Below are positions 1 to 14,300 of a stretch of 64,000 bases of DNA, one piece after another. Position 1 is the first letter of the stretch; each line of letters opens with the position of its first letter. Origin of the DNA: the human T2T-CHM13v2.0 reference genome, Homo sapiens; contig CP068257.2 of the NCBI GenBank assembly GCA_009914755.4, positions 20,704,001 through 20,768,000 on the forward strand, written 5' to 3'. The notes under the pieces were generated by a model. That model had not been told where the DNA came from. It ran no database searches and worked only from the letters and a program-made list of their open reading frames with translations. Both the position numbers and the translations under genes were made by a program.

Positions 1-140
<140 letters not shown>

Positions 141-458
141 GCGTGCCTGCTGTCTATCAAATTTCCACAGAAATACAACTCCTAACAATGATGAAGACAC
201 AGCATCTTGAAATGATAGCCAATACCTATGGAAGAAACAAAATCAAACAGTAATATAATCCAGACAGACTTAACCTTGAGAACTCCTCCTTCTGGCCTCC
301 TTGTTCAAATGCTGCATACAAGTGTCTTAGCACTAACTTCCAACTGTTGATCACCTCCACAAATCACAACCAACTGTCTTAAGCAGATCTATCCTGGCAC
401 ACTCAAGACTTCACTAGAGGCTGATTGATCAACAGTGCATTTGGAGAAAGACCTTGGT

Positions 459-480
459 AAAAAAAAAAAAAAAAAAAAAA
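459..480. repeat. poly(A) homopolymer run (~22 A)
   Basis: 'ggtaaaaaaaaaaaaaaaaaaaaaa' seen directly. No recognisable SINE body lies upstream, so this is possibly the tail of a decayed retroposon. Confidence 0.6.
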
Positions 481-2319
481 GGGCAATATGAAAGTTGCAG
501 ATACAAGCATGAAATTATTTTTTATCAGACCCAAACCTATTAGAGCTAGAAGAGCACAAAAAAAAAAGATTGTCTTAAGAATTTTCTAAAATAAACCCAC
601 AAGAAATTATTTTCAGGAAAAAGAGGGATTATTTTCCTAAACAGTGCAGCAATTCACGTAATATGCTCTCAAAGGAGCACCCACCCAATAATGACATCTC
701 CACCAATGAACTTTGACTAACCATGCCTTTCAGTCTCCAAAAATCAATAAACTTTGTTCCTGAGGAGCTTATGTGAACCCCTTTGCCCAAAAAATTTTCC
801 TTTACCTTCCGCTTTTCAGACGCATATGTGGCTTGCTATAGCTGTTCATCTTGGGTTACAATCTTTTCTGATTTCTGAATAAATTCAACATATTGGGAAG
901 TATTTTTGCCCTCATTTTTGGGGGGCTTGATACTGTCATGCTCTCCCCCAAGATCTGCTCATTTTCAACTTTAACTTTGATCAACGATTTAACAAGAAAA
1001 TAGTGAAAAAACGAAGAATATCAAATGTATGAGCTCAGAGACATTTTACTCAGCATGTATTTATGTTCAAGTTTTAGGTTGAATCTTGTTTTCTGCTGAC
1101 AATTTGTGATACCCTACAGACAAGATATTACCAGGATTTATTCAACAGAAAATCTTATCTGCATTCTGACCCCCTGAAAGGATACCCAGATACAACAATG
1201 ATAAGTGCTGTCATGTAGAAAAGTTATGGATGCCTTCATGCATATGGTAAACATTCTTCCATTGTGTGTAGAGCTTTAGTAGGCTGTTTAACCCAAAACA
1301 CTGCATGGCTCTTCTTCTTGAAACCAAGATTTTCTCCCTAGGGGTGGCTTAGAATATTTGTGCTATAAAAGGTATTAGAAAATTTCTATGTAATGGGAGA
1401 TTCATGCTCATAGGAAAATGTGGTATCTTTATGCTGAAAATTGAATTTATATTCTCTCAAGTTTAGTAAACTCTGTAAAACGTGATGATGCACATAAGAA
1501 ACGAAACTACCTAATGTTAAAAATGTCCAATATTATTTTGTTAGATTATTCTTAATTAAAATACTTCTCAGTGAATGGCTGCATTAGCCTTTATCAACTC
1601 TATTTACACTTACACACCAAATACAGTCCATATAGTCATGACAGAATGAAGAATGGTAAGAGAGATGTAAGGTAATGAGACAATGAAGACTGGGTGAATC
1701 CATAGATTTTACTCACTTTAATACAATTTTCTAAGAACTTTTAGAAAGTGAATATTTAAAAGACAGTGTGAAGTAGTACAAAACTCACTAAATTATTAAA
1801 TTATCTGTCTCTCAGTATAGATATAGATATACATATTTATCTCTCTATATATGCATAATTCAGCAGTAGATCTCTAAACATATTTAATAGAATTTCAGAA
1901 AAAAATTGAAACCAAATTTTGTGAATTAATGAATTACTCAGTAGATTTAACATTTTAGTTAAAGTGTTTCTGTCGTTTTCATTTTGGCGCTACTTTAAAG
2001 AGTTTTTAATATGTTTGTATAGTGTCTCATAATTACATTGAAAAATACTAAGATAATTACATTAAATAATTTTTAGGTAACACTGTCAACTTAGACGTTC
2101 ATCTTGTTTTGGCTAGACTTTTAGACTATTTTTAAATTAGTCTTCCTATCTCTCACATAAGCTCCCTTAATATAGTCATCCCTCTTACTATGGATGAATC
2201 ACTATTAAAGGCAAATCAGTTTGTGGCATTTTCATTGTACATGCTTCACTGACTCCCCATTACTTTCAAGTTGAAATAGGAAAAATTTAGCATGACATGC
2301 TACTGTGGTGTGAATGCTC

Positions 2320-2660
2320 CCCAAATTTCATATGTTGAAACTTAATTGCCAATGTGACATTATAAAGAGTGCAGTCTTTAGGAGGTAATTAAGTCATGAG
2401 GGCAGAGCACTTGTAAATGAGATAAGGTCTTTATAAAGGAGGATTCACACGGCGGCATTTGTTCCTTTTGCTCTACTGCTCTTCTGTCACAGGAGAACAC
2501 CTTGACAAGGCCATCTCTGAGGGACAAGCCATCACTGAATCTGCTGGTGCCTTCATCTTGGACTTCCCAGCATCCAGAATTGTGCTAAAAAATTCTTTTC
2601 TTTATAAATCACTCAGTCTCAGGTATTTTGCTATAGTAGCACAAATGGACTAAGACACAT
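2320..2660 (+). mobile_element. MaLR-type LTR fragment (MLT1/MST-like), 3' half
   Basis: Contains the family-typical string '...gccttcatcttggacttcccagcatccagaattgtgctaaaaaattcttttctttataaatcactcagtctcaggtattttgctatagtagcacaaatggactaagacac'. This matches the MaLR LTR end 'cttggacttcccagcctccagaactgtgag...ttataaattacccagtct...'. The 64-aa ORF at 2459-2653 lies inside it. Confidence 0.5.
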
Positions 2661-3052
2661 ACAAACCCTTTCATGTCCTCACTTCTGTCTTCATAGTCTT
2701 TTACTAACATATGCATTCAGTTCCACTAATCATGCTTCTATAATGAAAATTTTCTAAAAGTGCAATGCAATTCAGCATTCTATGATAGGCATAGATTTCT
2801 TAGTTCAAGATTTGTGAAAAAAATTATCCATTTATTTCTCAAGACTCAGTTCTAAATGTTTGAAAGAGAATCAAGTTTGAAATTTGTATTAGGCTCCATC
2901 CCTAACTATGTTTTTAATGAGATCTTATTTTTTTGAATCATAATGTATCTTACAAAATGTAAAATGCATAAAATTGTACGAAGTAGAAAGTCTTCCTCCA
3001 TCACCTTCATCTAATCACAAGATTCCCCTCTGGAGGCAGCCGCATGGTTTTA

Positions 3053-3421
<369 letters not shown>

Positions 3422-4289
3422 TCAAATACTCAACCCTGTGCTTCATTCACAATTATTAAAATTCTGTGCCAGATACTAAGGATACTAATTAAAAAAAAAA
3501 ACACAGTTTATGTCCTTACAAAAGTAAATTGTAAAAGCAGTTGCAATACGTTGTTCTTACAAGAAATTTACAACGCAGTGGACTATGAATTATGTATCTA
3601 ACAGATAGATATGCTATTTTTTAGACTAGAGAGTGTTTAAGATATGTCATAATTTAATTATCAGTAGGTAAAAAATAATTTCAGGCTTTTTCTTGAAAAA
3701 CCCAAAACATAGATACAATGAACATATTTTATGTGGAGTGTGTTTAACTTATGAGTCATAAAGCTCACTCTTTTTATATACATGTGTGCAGTTCTATGAA
3801 TTGTGATAAAGATGCATCAAGCCATGTAACCACAACCATAATCAAGATAGAGAAAATTTCATCACTCTCTAAAAAATCTTCTTTATGCCCCCTTTTGTTC
3901 TGTAGTTAAATGCTTTCCTTGCTTTTAACCATTGGCAACCAGTGATCTATTGTCTCTTCTAATAGTTTTGTCTGTTGAGAACTACATGTAAATGGAATGA
4001 TATTTTATTAAGCCTCAGAAGTCTTTAAAATAGCATTATACATTTACGATGCATTCATGTTGTTGCATGTTCAAGAGTCTGACTCATTTTTGTTGAGTAA
4101 TATTCCGTTTGTGTGAGTAGAACCCTTTTAAAAATTTATTCAAAAATGAAGAGCATTTGGGTTACTTTCTGCTTTGGGGATTGTGAATTTTTTATAAACA
4201 TTCACATAGAAATAATTTGTGTGAATCTAAGTCTTCATTTCTTTTTGGAAAATATCTGAAGCGAGGATGGTAGGACATTTAGTAAGTGC

Positions 4290-5290
4290 ATGTTTTCTTT
4301 TGTTTTAATCTGTTAGGTTGCTATAACAAAAGTGCCATAAACTAGATGGCTTATAAACAACAGAGACTTCTTTCTCACAATTCTGGAAGCTGGAAAGTCC
4401 TAGATCAAGGTGCCAGCAGACTTGGTGTCTTCTAGCTGTGTGTTCTTATGTAACTGCGCAACAGGTTCACCTTGCCCACTGCCTAGACGGAGTTGATTTG
4501 TCAAGACAGGGGAACTGCAATGGAGAAAGTTATTGGTGCAGAGCCGGCAGTGTGAGAGACTGGAGTTTTATTATTGCTCACATCAGTCTCCCCAAGCATT
4601 CAGGGATCAGAGATTTCAAGAATAATTTGGTGGGTGTGGGTGAGTGAGTTGGGAGTGCTGACTGTTTGGGTCAGATGAAATCATAAGGAATCAAAGCTGT
4701 CTTCCTGCACTGGGTCAGTTCCTGGGCGGGGGGCCCCACGATCAGATGAGCCAGTTTATCCATCGGGATGGTGCCAGCTCATCCATCAAGTGCTGGGGCT
4801 GTAAAATATCTCAAGCACTGATCTTTGGTTTTACAATAGTGATGTTATCCTCAGGAGCAATTTGGGGAGTGTCTTGTAACCTCCAACTGCATGGCTTCTA
4901 AACCATAATTTCTAATCTTTTGGCTAATTTGTTAGTCCTACAAAAGGCAGTGTAGTCCCCAGGCAAGAAGGGGGATTGTTTTAGAAAAGGGCTATAAACT
5001 ATGTTCCTCCCAAAGTTAATTTGGCCTTCATCCAGGAATGAACAAGAACAGCTTAGTGGTTAGAAGCAAGATTTCAGATTTCTTTCACCACAGTCATAAT
5101 TTTGCAATAGTGGTTTCATTTACATGAGGCAAGGAGAATGGGAGAGCTCTCTGGGTAAGCTTTTTAAGGGCACTAATCCCACTCAAGAGGGCTCCACCTC
5201 ATGAACTAATAATCTTCCAAATGTCCCACTTCCAAATACCATCACCTTGGGGGCTAGGATTTCGATATATGAATTGGGGAAGACACAAAC
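4290..5290 (-). mobile_element. MaLR-type LTR (MLT1-like, antisense) split by a nested unrelated LTR-like insertion (~4440-5100)
   Basis: Left part is 'ctataacaaaagtgccataaactagatggcttataaacaacagagacttctttctcacaattctggaagctggaaagtcctagatcaaggtgccagcagac'. Right part is '...gggcactaatcccactcaagagggctccacctcatgaactaataatcttccaaatgtcccacttccaaataccatcaccttgggggctaggatttcgatatatgaattggggaagacacaaacattcataccatggca'. These are the two ends of a reverse-complement MaLR LTR. The ~650 bp between them ('...tttacaatagtgatgttatcctcaggagcaatttggggag...') looks like a different LTR. Confidence 0.45.
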
Positions 5291-5329
5291 ATTCATACCA
5301 TGGCACCTTATGAAAAGATTAGAGTTTAT

Positions 5330-6650
5330 TTTTTAGAGCAATTTTAGGTTCACAACACAACTGAAGAGAAAGTACAGAGAATTGTCGCATAACCCCATTT
5401 GCCCCCTCACACAACTTTCCTCATTGTCAATATCCACTGGTACATTCGTTACAATGAATTAACTGATATTGACATATCATCCTGCAAAGCAGTTTACATT
5501 ATAGTCCACTCTTGGTGTTGTATACTCTATGCACAAATGTATAAGGACATGTATTTACTATTATTATATTAAAAAGAATAGTGGCACTGCCCTAAAAATC
5601 CTCTGTGCTCTGCCTATTCATTCTTTCCTTTTCCCAAACTTCTGGCAACTACTTTAAAGTCTTGATTAGTTTTTTTTCCCTCTTTTTCAGAATGCCATAT
5701 AGTTGAAATTATGTAACACGTAGCCTTTTTAGGTTAGGATCCTTCACTTAGTAGTATGCACTTGAGATTCTTCCATGTCTTATCATGGGTTAGTAGCTCA
5801 TATTTTTAATGCAGAATAATGCTCCATCTTCTGTGTATACCAAAATTTATTTATCCATTCACCTACAGAATAACCTTTTGGTTACTTGCACATTTTGGCT
5901 ATTATCAGTGAAGTTGCTCTAAAACATCCACGTGCAAATTGTGTGTGGATATAAATTTTCAATTCATTTTGATAAATGCCAAGAAATGAGATGGCCAAAT
6001 CTTATAAGAGTATGTTTAGTTTCACTGCCATTCAAACTGCTTCTAGTATTTTGAATTTCCCAGAATGAGAATTAGTGTTGCTCCACATCATGACCAGCAT
6101 TTGTTCTTGTCAGTGTTTTGGACTTTGGCCATTTGAATAGGAATGTAGGTGATATCTCATTGCTGTTTTCATTTGCAATAGTCTAATGGCATATGATGCT
6201 GAGTCTCTTTTCACATGCTTATTTTCTATTTGTACATCTTTGGTGACGCTTCTGATCAAGTGTTTTGTTTATTTTTCAGTTATGTTGCCCATTTCTTATT
6301 ATTGAATTTTAAAAGCTATTAGTATATTTTGGATAGCAGTTTTTTTATCAGTGTGTCTTTTGAAAATATTTTCACCCAGTCTATGGGTTGTCCTCTCATT
6401 GTCTCGACACTATGTTTTGAAGAGCAGATGTTTTTAATTTCAATGCAGTTTAGCTTAACAATTTCTGTTAGGGATTATTCCTTTGGCATGGTATTTTTAA
6501 AGCCGTTACTTTAACCAAAGTCATCTAGATATTCTTCTATACTATCTTCTATTATGTTAGTTTTTATAAGAAGCTGCCAATTGCTTTCAAAGTGGCTATC
6601 CTACATGAGAGTTCAAGTTGACCTGCACTCTCACCAGGACTTGAAATTCT
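5330..6650 (-). mobile_element. L1 (old L1M-type) 3' region, antisense
   Basis: Matches antisense L1M 3' sequences: 'tttagagcaattttaggttcacaacacaactgaagagaaagtacagagaattgtcgcataaccccatttgcccc', 'ccagaatgagaattagtgttgctccacatcatgaccagcatttgttcttgtcagtgttttggactttggccatttgaataggaatgtaggtgatatctcattgctgttttcatttgcaat' and 'gtctaatggcatatgatgctgagtctcttttcacatgcttattt'. Confidence 0.6.
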
Positions 6651-6680
6651 CTTTTCTTTTTTTTAAATTAGTTTCAATAG

Positions 6681-7092
<412 letters not shown>

Positions 7093-8010
7093 ACGGGTCC
7101 ACTTTTGCTTAGGACAGTTGCTCCTGTTGTTTCCATAGTTCCTTCCATGGCTAGGGCTGGCCTCAGGAGGGCACGAGGAGAGAAGAAAGGGAAATCAAGC
7201 AAACACCAAACACCAGGAAATGGGTTTCCCTTCACACTCTCTGGCACATGTAGGCCCCTTTTCCATTCTTCTGATGGAAATTGGGATTTTCTCCTGGAAT
7301 TTACATTGCTCACTTCTGTGATTTGTTTGAAGTTGGAGGCAAACAGGAAGATGCAAACAAGAAACTCATTGCTAAGCGTTGTTATTTAACTTTCAAATTT
7401 GATCTCCATTCTACTTGCTATTGTTTGTTTTTCAGTCCCCAAGAAGTGGTATTCAGTGGGAGATGTGGGCTGTAGCCACTTACCCATTTACCCATATGAG
7501 TTGTAGTCATGACCCTATTTAAGCCAGCACCAGAAGTCTGGACCTGATGCTTTGAATGGCATCATCTGACTTCTTTATAAAAGGCAGAACTTCAGAGGCC
7601 CCTCCAATCACACTATTCATACAAACCTGTTTCATGTATTATCCATGTTCTTTTTGGCTCCTACGTACAATTGTGATCATCTCTTAAGAATAGTGTTACA
7701 GGTAGTTGGACAGGCAAGAGTAGGGCAGGAAAGGGCCCTCCCATCAGGAATGTGAGGCAACCATCATGTGATGGTACAGTAGTTATCACATTGCCTCTCT
7801 AAAAATGATAATTTGGCAGCTGGCTCCAGGCAGAGACAATCTCCTGATGGTGCACAACTATCACACTGAAGTGTTAATTGAATGCAGGTACCAGGGAGAG
7901 GCAACTTCCCAAACAGATAAAAACACTTGAGATTTGTAATTGGCTTCCAATAAAACCTCAGGTACTGGGGGAGTGAGACTGGACATGTGCATTAAGAGAC
8001 AAAATGGCAG

Positions 8011-8298
<288 letters not shown>

Positions 8299-9769
8299 TA
8301 GACAAAATGGCAGACTATGACCTTCCAGGGGCATTCCACAGGAAAAGGGAAGGAAGCTTCAGATGGGAATGCATACACCTTCCTAAACACAGGACGCATG
8401 CTCACTTCTCAAGCATAATGAGGGCACTGCACATATGGGCAGCCCACCCTTAGGGAAGAATCATAGGAAAGGGGTGCAAGACACTGAAAGTGGGCCAGCA
8501 TCTAAAGTCCTAGGATCAAGGTTAAATGATGCACTAGTCCTTCAAGTCACTCGCTGGGTCTCTTTCAAGTGTGCTTTCCTTTCTTGCCTGCTCTAAAACT
8601 TTGTAATAAACTTCGACTCCTGCTCTGAAACTTGCCTTGGTCTCTTTTTCTGCCTTATGCCCCTCAGTCTATTTTTTTCTTCTGAGGAGGTAAGAATTGA
8701 GGTTGCTGCAGACCTGTACAGATTTGCCACTGGTAACTTGGATACTTTCTACCTTTAACGATAGTACTAGTGGAGGAGGAGGAGGAGCAAAGCTGATTGG
8801 AAGTTGGGGAAATATCTTAGAATCTATTTTTAGTTAAGCCCTAAAGCAGAACCAGAAGCTTTAATGCATTTTGTTGGTGAGAGTTGAAGGAGATGGAATG
8901 ACACTCCACACAAGGATAGCAGGGAAATGATAACATCTGAGTCATAGAGATTCCCCTCTGGCTGTTTCCACCCTTCTTTCCTATTGGAGAAATATAAATT
9001 ATATGTAGTATTAAATCAGAATGTCATGTGCATCATGAACAACCTGCTAAGAGATTGCAAAGACTTAAGAAATCTCAGTCTTTTATTTAGCCAAACAGTT
9101 ACAACCCATTGCATACATGTTCTTAAGATAAACAATAGCTAGTCCTCAAGTAAGAGAACTTGACACCATCATTTGTTACACACAGATCATCCTACGTTCA
9201 CCTGATAATTGGGGTGTTTATCTGTGTTTACTAATTGGATTTATCCAAAGAAAAATAATTTCATATTTTTATGGCAGAAGGTGATTTTGGAACCCAGAGC
9301 ACAGAATCTGTTAGGCAAAGTTAGGCACATTGCTTCCCATAGAAACTGGGGCTCTTCATGATTACATTTCAAAGACTTAGCTCCCAAGTGCTAGAGAAAG
9401 ACATTCCTATGTCTTCAAGCTGGCTAGAGTCTTATCTAGCTTTTAAACAGATTTATATACATTTTAGGGAGACAAGAAAATAATTTACAATTACTTACGT
9501 TATAATTACTTAGAATTAAAATTACTTAGAGCAAATGCTCTAAGAAAAGGGCGGTGGAGGGAGTCTCTTCCTTTATTTTTAACAGGGAGAATTAAAGCTC
9601 TTTTGAAAACTTGCCTTTGCATCCCCCACAGTCGTTTTGCAACATCCAACTAGGGTAATCCTGCTAAGAAATGAAATATTATCAAGTTACTCCTCTACAT
9701 TCCACTTGAAAGTAAAGGCCAAACTATTAACAAACATCCTTTCATCATGTGTGTTTTCTGACTCCCCAT

Positions 9770-10310
9770 TTTATTTTATTTTAAGATTTTTTTAATGTTT
9801 ATTTTTAAGTTTTAAGTTCAGGGGTACATGTGTAGGTTTGTTACGTGGCTAAACTTGTGTCATGGGGATTTGTTGTACAGATTATTTCATCACCCAGGTA
9901 TGAATCCTAGTTTCCATTAGTTGTTTTTCTTGATTCTCTCCCTCCTCCCAACCTCCACCCTCTGAAAGGCCTCAGTATGTGTTGTTCCCCTCTATGAGTC
10001 CATGTGTTCTCATCATTTAGCTCCTACTTATAGTGAGAGCATGCAGTATTTGGATTTCTGTTCCTGTGTTAGTTTGCTAAGGAGAATGGTCTTTAGCTCC
10101 ATCCGTGTCCCTGCAAAGGACATGATCTCAGTCTTTTTGTATGGGTTCATGGTATTCTGTGGTGTATATGTACCACATTTTCTTTATACCGTCTATCATT
10201 TATGGGCATTTAGGTCAATTTCATGTCTTTGCTATTGTGAATAGTGTTGCAATGCACATACATGTGCATGTGTCTTTATGGTAGAATGATTTCTATTTCT
10301 TCAGTTATAT
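9770..10310 (-). mobile_element. L1 3' end (older primate subfamily, L1PB/L1MA-like), antisense, 5'-truncated
   Basis: A T-rich stretch precedes 'ttcaggggtacatgtgtaggtttgttacgtggctaaacttgtgtcatgg', then 'ccatgtgttctcatcatttagctcctacttatagtgagagcatgcagtatttggatttctgttcctgtgttagtttgctaaggagaatggtctttagctccatccgtgtccctgcaaaggacatgatctc' and '...tgctattgtgaatagtgttgcaatgcacatacatgtgcatgtgtctttatggtagaatgatttc'. This is the canonical antisense L1 3'-UTR/ORF2-end order. The 80-aa ORF at 10002-10244 lies inside it. Confidence 0.75.
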
Positions 10311-11559
10311 TGTTTCAAAATATTTACCAATACCCAGGCCAAAAACTAGTGGCATAGTTGACATCTAATATATATTTGCTGGCATAATGTCATGTTGCTT
10401 ACATTCAATAAATGTTGTTTTTGAAGAAATTAATGAAAAATTTTAAAGACAGGTTGCAAGAACAGAGGAAAAAAGTCCCAAAAGGAAGTTATTGTAAAAC
10501 TCCAGGCCAGAGACATTGATTGCCTGAATTTCACTAAAATAAAATAATGGGGGAATGTGAATGTATTTGAGAGATTGTGGACGTAATAGAATTAGCTAGA
10601 CTTGGTGGTTGGCTAGAGATGGGCCAAAAGTAGAGAAAGAAGTCACAGTAAATTTGATCATTTCAGAACGAGCAAAGGGCAAGTATTAATATTTCCCACT
10701 AAGATATGAAATTCAGAAAGTTAATTTTGGGCAGTTAATAATGATTTCTATTTTAATTATGAGGTTAAACACTGGCTCTGCCACTTACTGTAAGATATTA
10801 AGAATTTTTTTTTATAGCTTCCTAGCCCTTCAATTTCCTCAAATACAAGAAGAACAAAAATGGCATGTACCACAAAGTTTTTGTGATTTTTGAAATAATA
10901 CACACAAAATACTAAAACAAGTTTCTGCAGTAAACTAAGAAATCACTCACAGTTGCTGTTTTGAGACTTACTATATTACTTTTATCACTCACTATTATCT
11001 TTATCCTCCAGAGGAAAGTGAATTTATGGTTATAGTGACACAGACTAAATATAAGTTCATAGGATTAAAAAATATATACAACTCAAGAATGTATATGATA
11101 ATCGAATCCTTGACAAACATGTATAGTTTTATATGAATCAGGATTCAATAATAGGTACAAAACCCAAAATATTTTAAAATAGAGCTGCAAAGGAAATTGA
11201 GAAGAAATTATTACAAAGTAGTAGAATAAATATGAGAGTGGGGCACAATATGACAGAAAATGAGTATTACAATGCTAATTTGAGAGGTTAATGATTACTT
11301 TTGCTTGCATGCTCATTGTTTTTCTCTTTACCTTTGTCTGTACTGATACAAATGTCAACTTAATGACACAACTCAGATGATTCCTGCTTAATGAAGTCTA
11401 TTCTGAGACCTGTAATAAAAAATTATTCTATTTTCGGGGTTTCCATGGCATTTAAATATATATAATCAGTGCTCAGACAAATCTGTTAATAAATTGGCTG
11501 ATAAGTCATGTTATTCTGTGAGTTTCTTGGATTCAGAGTCTTTATTTATATGTTTACCA

Positions 11560-11990
11560 GATGTTATATACTGAAATGTGTTCCCCGAAATTTGTATATA
11601 GAAGTTTTACACCTAGTACGTCATAATGTTTGGACACAGTGCCTTTTAAAAGGTGATTAAGTTAAATTGAGGCAGTTACATTGGGCCCTAAATCAACGTG
11701 AATGATGTCCTTATACAAGGAAATGTGAGCACACATAGAGACACCAGGGATGTGCAGGGACCTAGAAAAACAATGTAAGGACACAACAGGAAGGAAACCA
11801 TCTGAAAGCCAAGGACAAAGACATAAGGAAAAACCATACTGCTGACATCTTGGTCTTGGACTTCTAGCCTCCAGAACTGTGAGAAAAATAGGTTTCTATT
11901 GTTGCAGCCACCTAGTCTATAATATTTCTTTATTGTAGCCCTAGCAAATACACAAGGGTTTTGGGAAACCTTCATATGTCAGTTTCATGA
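11560..11990 (+). mobile_element. MaLR-type LTR (MLT1/MST-like)
   Basis: '...ggcagttacattgggccctaaatcaacgtgaatgatgtccttatacaaggaaatgtgagcacacatagagacaccagggatgtgcagggacc...catcttggtcttggacttctagcctccagaactgtgagaaaaataggtttctattgttgcagccacctagtctataatatttctttattgtagccctagcaaatacacaa'. These are typical MaLR LTR phrases. Confidence 0.5.
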
Positions 11991-12539
11991 GGCCATTCAG
12001 TCTACACAAATTATCTCCATAACAACTAAAATTTTAAATTTTTAGATAATTTCAATATACAATAACTATATCCTGATTATTCATAAGATTTAAGAAAAAC
12101 ATAATTTTCTCTATTGTGGATGAGTTTTCTGGATCCAATTATTTATGATACTGAATTTCATAGGAAGTTCAAAGCAAAGCAAGTTTTTGTTTTTGTAAAG
12201 TAATACAGTTTAAAAATGTTCATTGAAAGATTGACTAAAATATTTTAGATTCTAAATGAAAACACTAAAATAGGTGCATAAGACAAAATAATGTATTTTT
12301 AAATTGCATTTTGAGCTGATTTTTATTCATTCTATGTAACTGATTTTAGGGATGTGTTGTTTTTTTTCAGTCCACATGAACATAGTGGTATAATTAACAA
12401 AATGGAGTTAACATTTCTAACATCTCCTAAGCTTGCCTAAATTTTAGGCAGGTTTCTTCTAGACTCTAGGCCTAGGATCTCCCTTTTCTTAGAACACTTA
12501 TGTTAGAAAACTGGCAATTGTAAATTCTTTCACTGCCCC

Positions 12540-13470
12540 TTTGAGATGCAAATTTTCTGCCCAGTCATGCTTGTTACCAGGGGTTCCTTGCTCCCAGAGC
12601 TCCCAAGATGGTGGTGGGCTGCTTCCAAAATGGTGGCAAGCCTCGTGTTCTCTGACCTGGGGTTCTTGGCCTCACGGATTTCAAGGAATGGAATCTTGGG
12701 CCATGCGGTGAGTGTTATAGCTCTTATTAGAAGCCGTGGGTCACGGAAGAGAACTGTGGAACCTACTGACTCCTGTTCAGCTCAATTAGGACGAACCCAG
12801 GCACTTAGCTGTGCAGGAACAAGGGCAAGCCTTTAGCCCAATCAGGAGTGGCAATGGGTGCCTCGCTGGATCAGAAGCACAGCGGACACCCTTCCAGATC
12901 TGGAGGGATGGCAGTCAGCGGTGGGTCTGTGACAGCGGCAAACACCAGTGGTGGGCAGCAAGTGAAAGCTCAGCTCGAGCTGTAACAAACACGGACCAGA
13001 AGAATGCAGTTGCAAGATTTAATAGAGTGAAATAGAGTGAAAACAGAGCTCCCATACAAAGGGAGGGGACTCAAACAGGGTAGCCGTTACTGGCTCGAAT
13101 GCCTGGGTTTATGTCCTGATCATTGTCTCTCCCTCTGTGCTCTTGGGCCATAGATGATTGGCTATTTCTTTACCTCCTGTTTTTGCCTAATTAGCATTTT
13201 AGTGAGCTGTCTTTACTATCTGATTGGTCGGGTATGAGCTAAGTTGCAAGCCCTGTGTATAAAGGTGGAAGCAGTCACCTTCCCAGCTAGGCTTAGGGAT
13301 TCTTAGTCGGCCTAGGAAATCCAGCTAGTCCTGCCTCTCATGCTGACTAACCTGCCGCTCGATGTCCTCTAGTACTTGTGCACTAGCTCATACCAGCAAT
13401 TAAAAACTCTCCTGGAGTTGTTTTAATGTAATTGAGTTCAATCTCTGTTCTCTGTTGCAAGAGTCTTGAA
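12540..13470 (-). mobile_element. ERV class-I-type solo LTR (LTR12/LTR9-like architecture), antisense
   Basis: Its reverse complement reads like an LTR: a TATA-like 'ctttatacacagggcttgcaactt', an 'attaaa' signal, and then 'gagctataacactcaccgcatggcccaagattccattccttgaaatccgtgaggccaagaaccccaggtcagagaacacgaggcttgccaccattttggaag'. That last phrase parallels the 'agctgtaacactcaccgcgaaggtc...gtgagaccacgaaccca' repeats of HERV9-family LTRs. Family assignment is uncertain. ORFs 12546-12836 and 12811-13035 fall inside it. Confidence 0.45.
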
Positions 13471-13987
13471 TAAAGCCATTATTGCCTGTTTAATATGTCT
13501 GTTGAAATTTTCATTGATTTAATATAGAAAAACTGGAGTTTATTAGTGTTTATATGTATTTGTTTCTTTATATATATTTCTGAGAATATATTCACTTAAG
13601 GTATATGAGAATAGCTGATCTTTCATACCAGGAAATATCAAACCTAAAAGCACATGTCATTATGTAATGTGGATAGAAGTCTTCTTTTGAAACATAATTA
13701 CCCTCCTCATATATGTTCTATCAGATCATTAACATTGCTTAGATAATAAAATATCACAATATAGAGAGATGTAGAATAAAGTGGGAAGTATTTTTCCAAG
13801 CTATTTAGCCAGGATTGTCTCCCCAGAAGAAGCAAGAATAATGCTTTTATTCAAAAGTTAAAAGGAAAATAATCTCAGTGAAATGCAAACTCTTTGACAT
13901 ATAAAAAATGTGGCATATGCACAACTGTAAAATGATCTTTGAAAATTTATTTTTGAAAATAAATCCCAGATGTCATTGATGCCTTTC

Positions 13988-14300
<313 letters not shown>

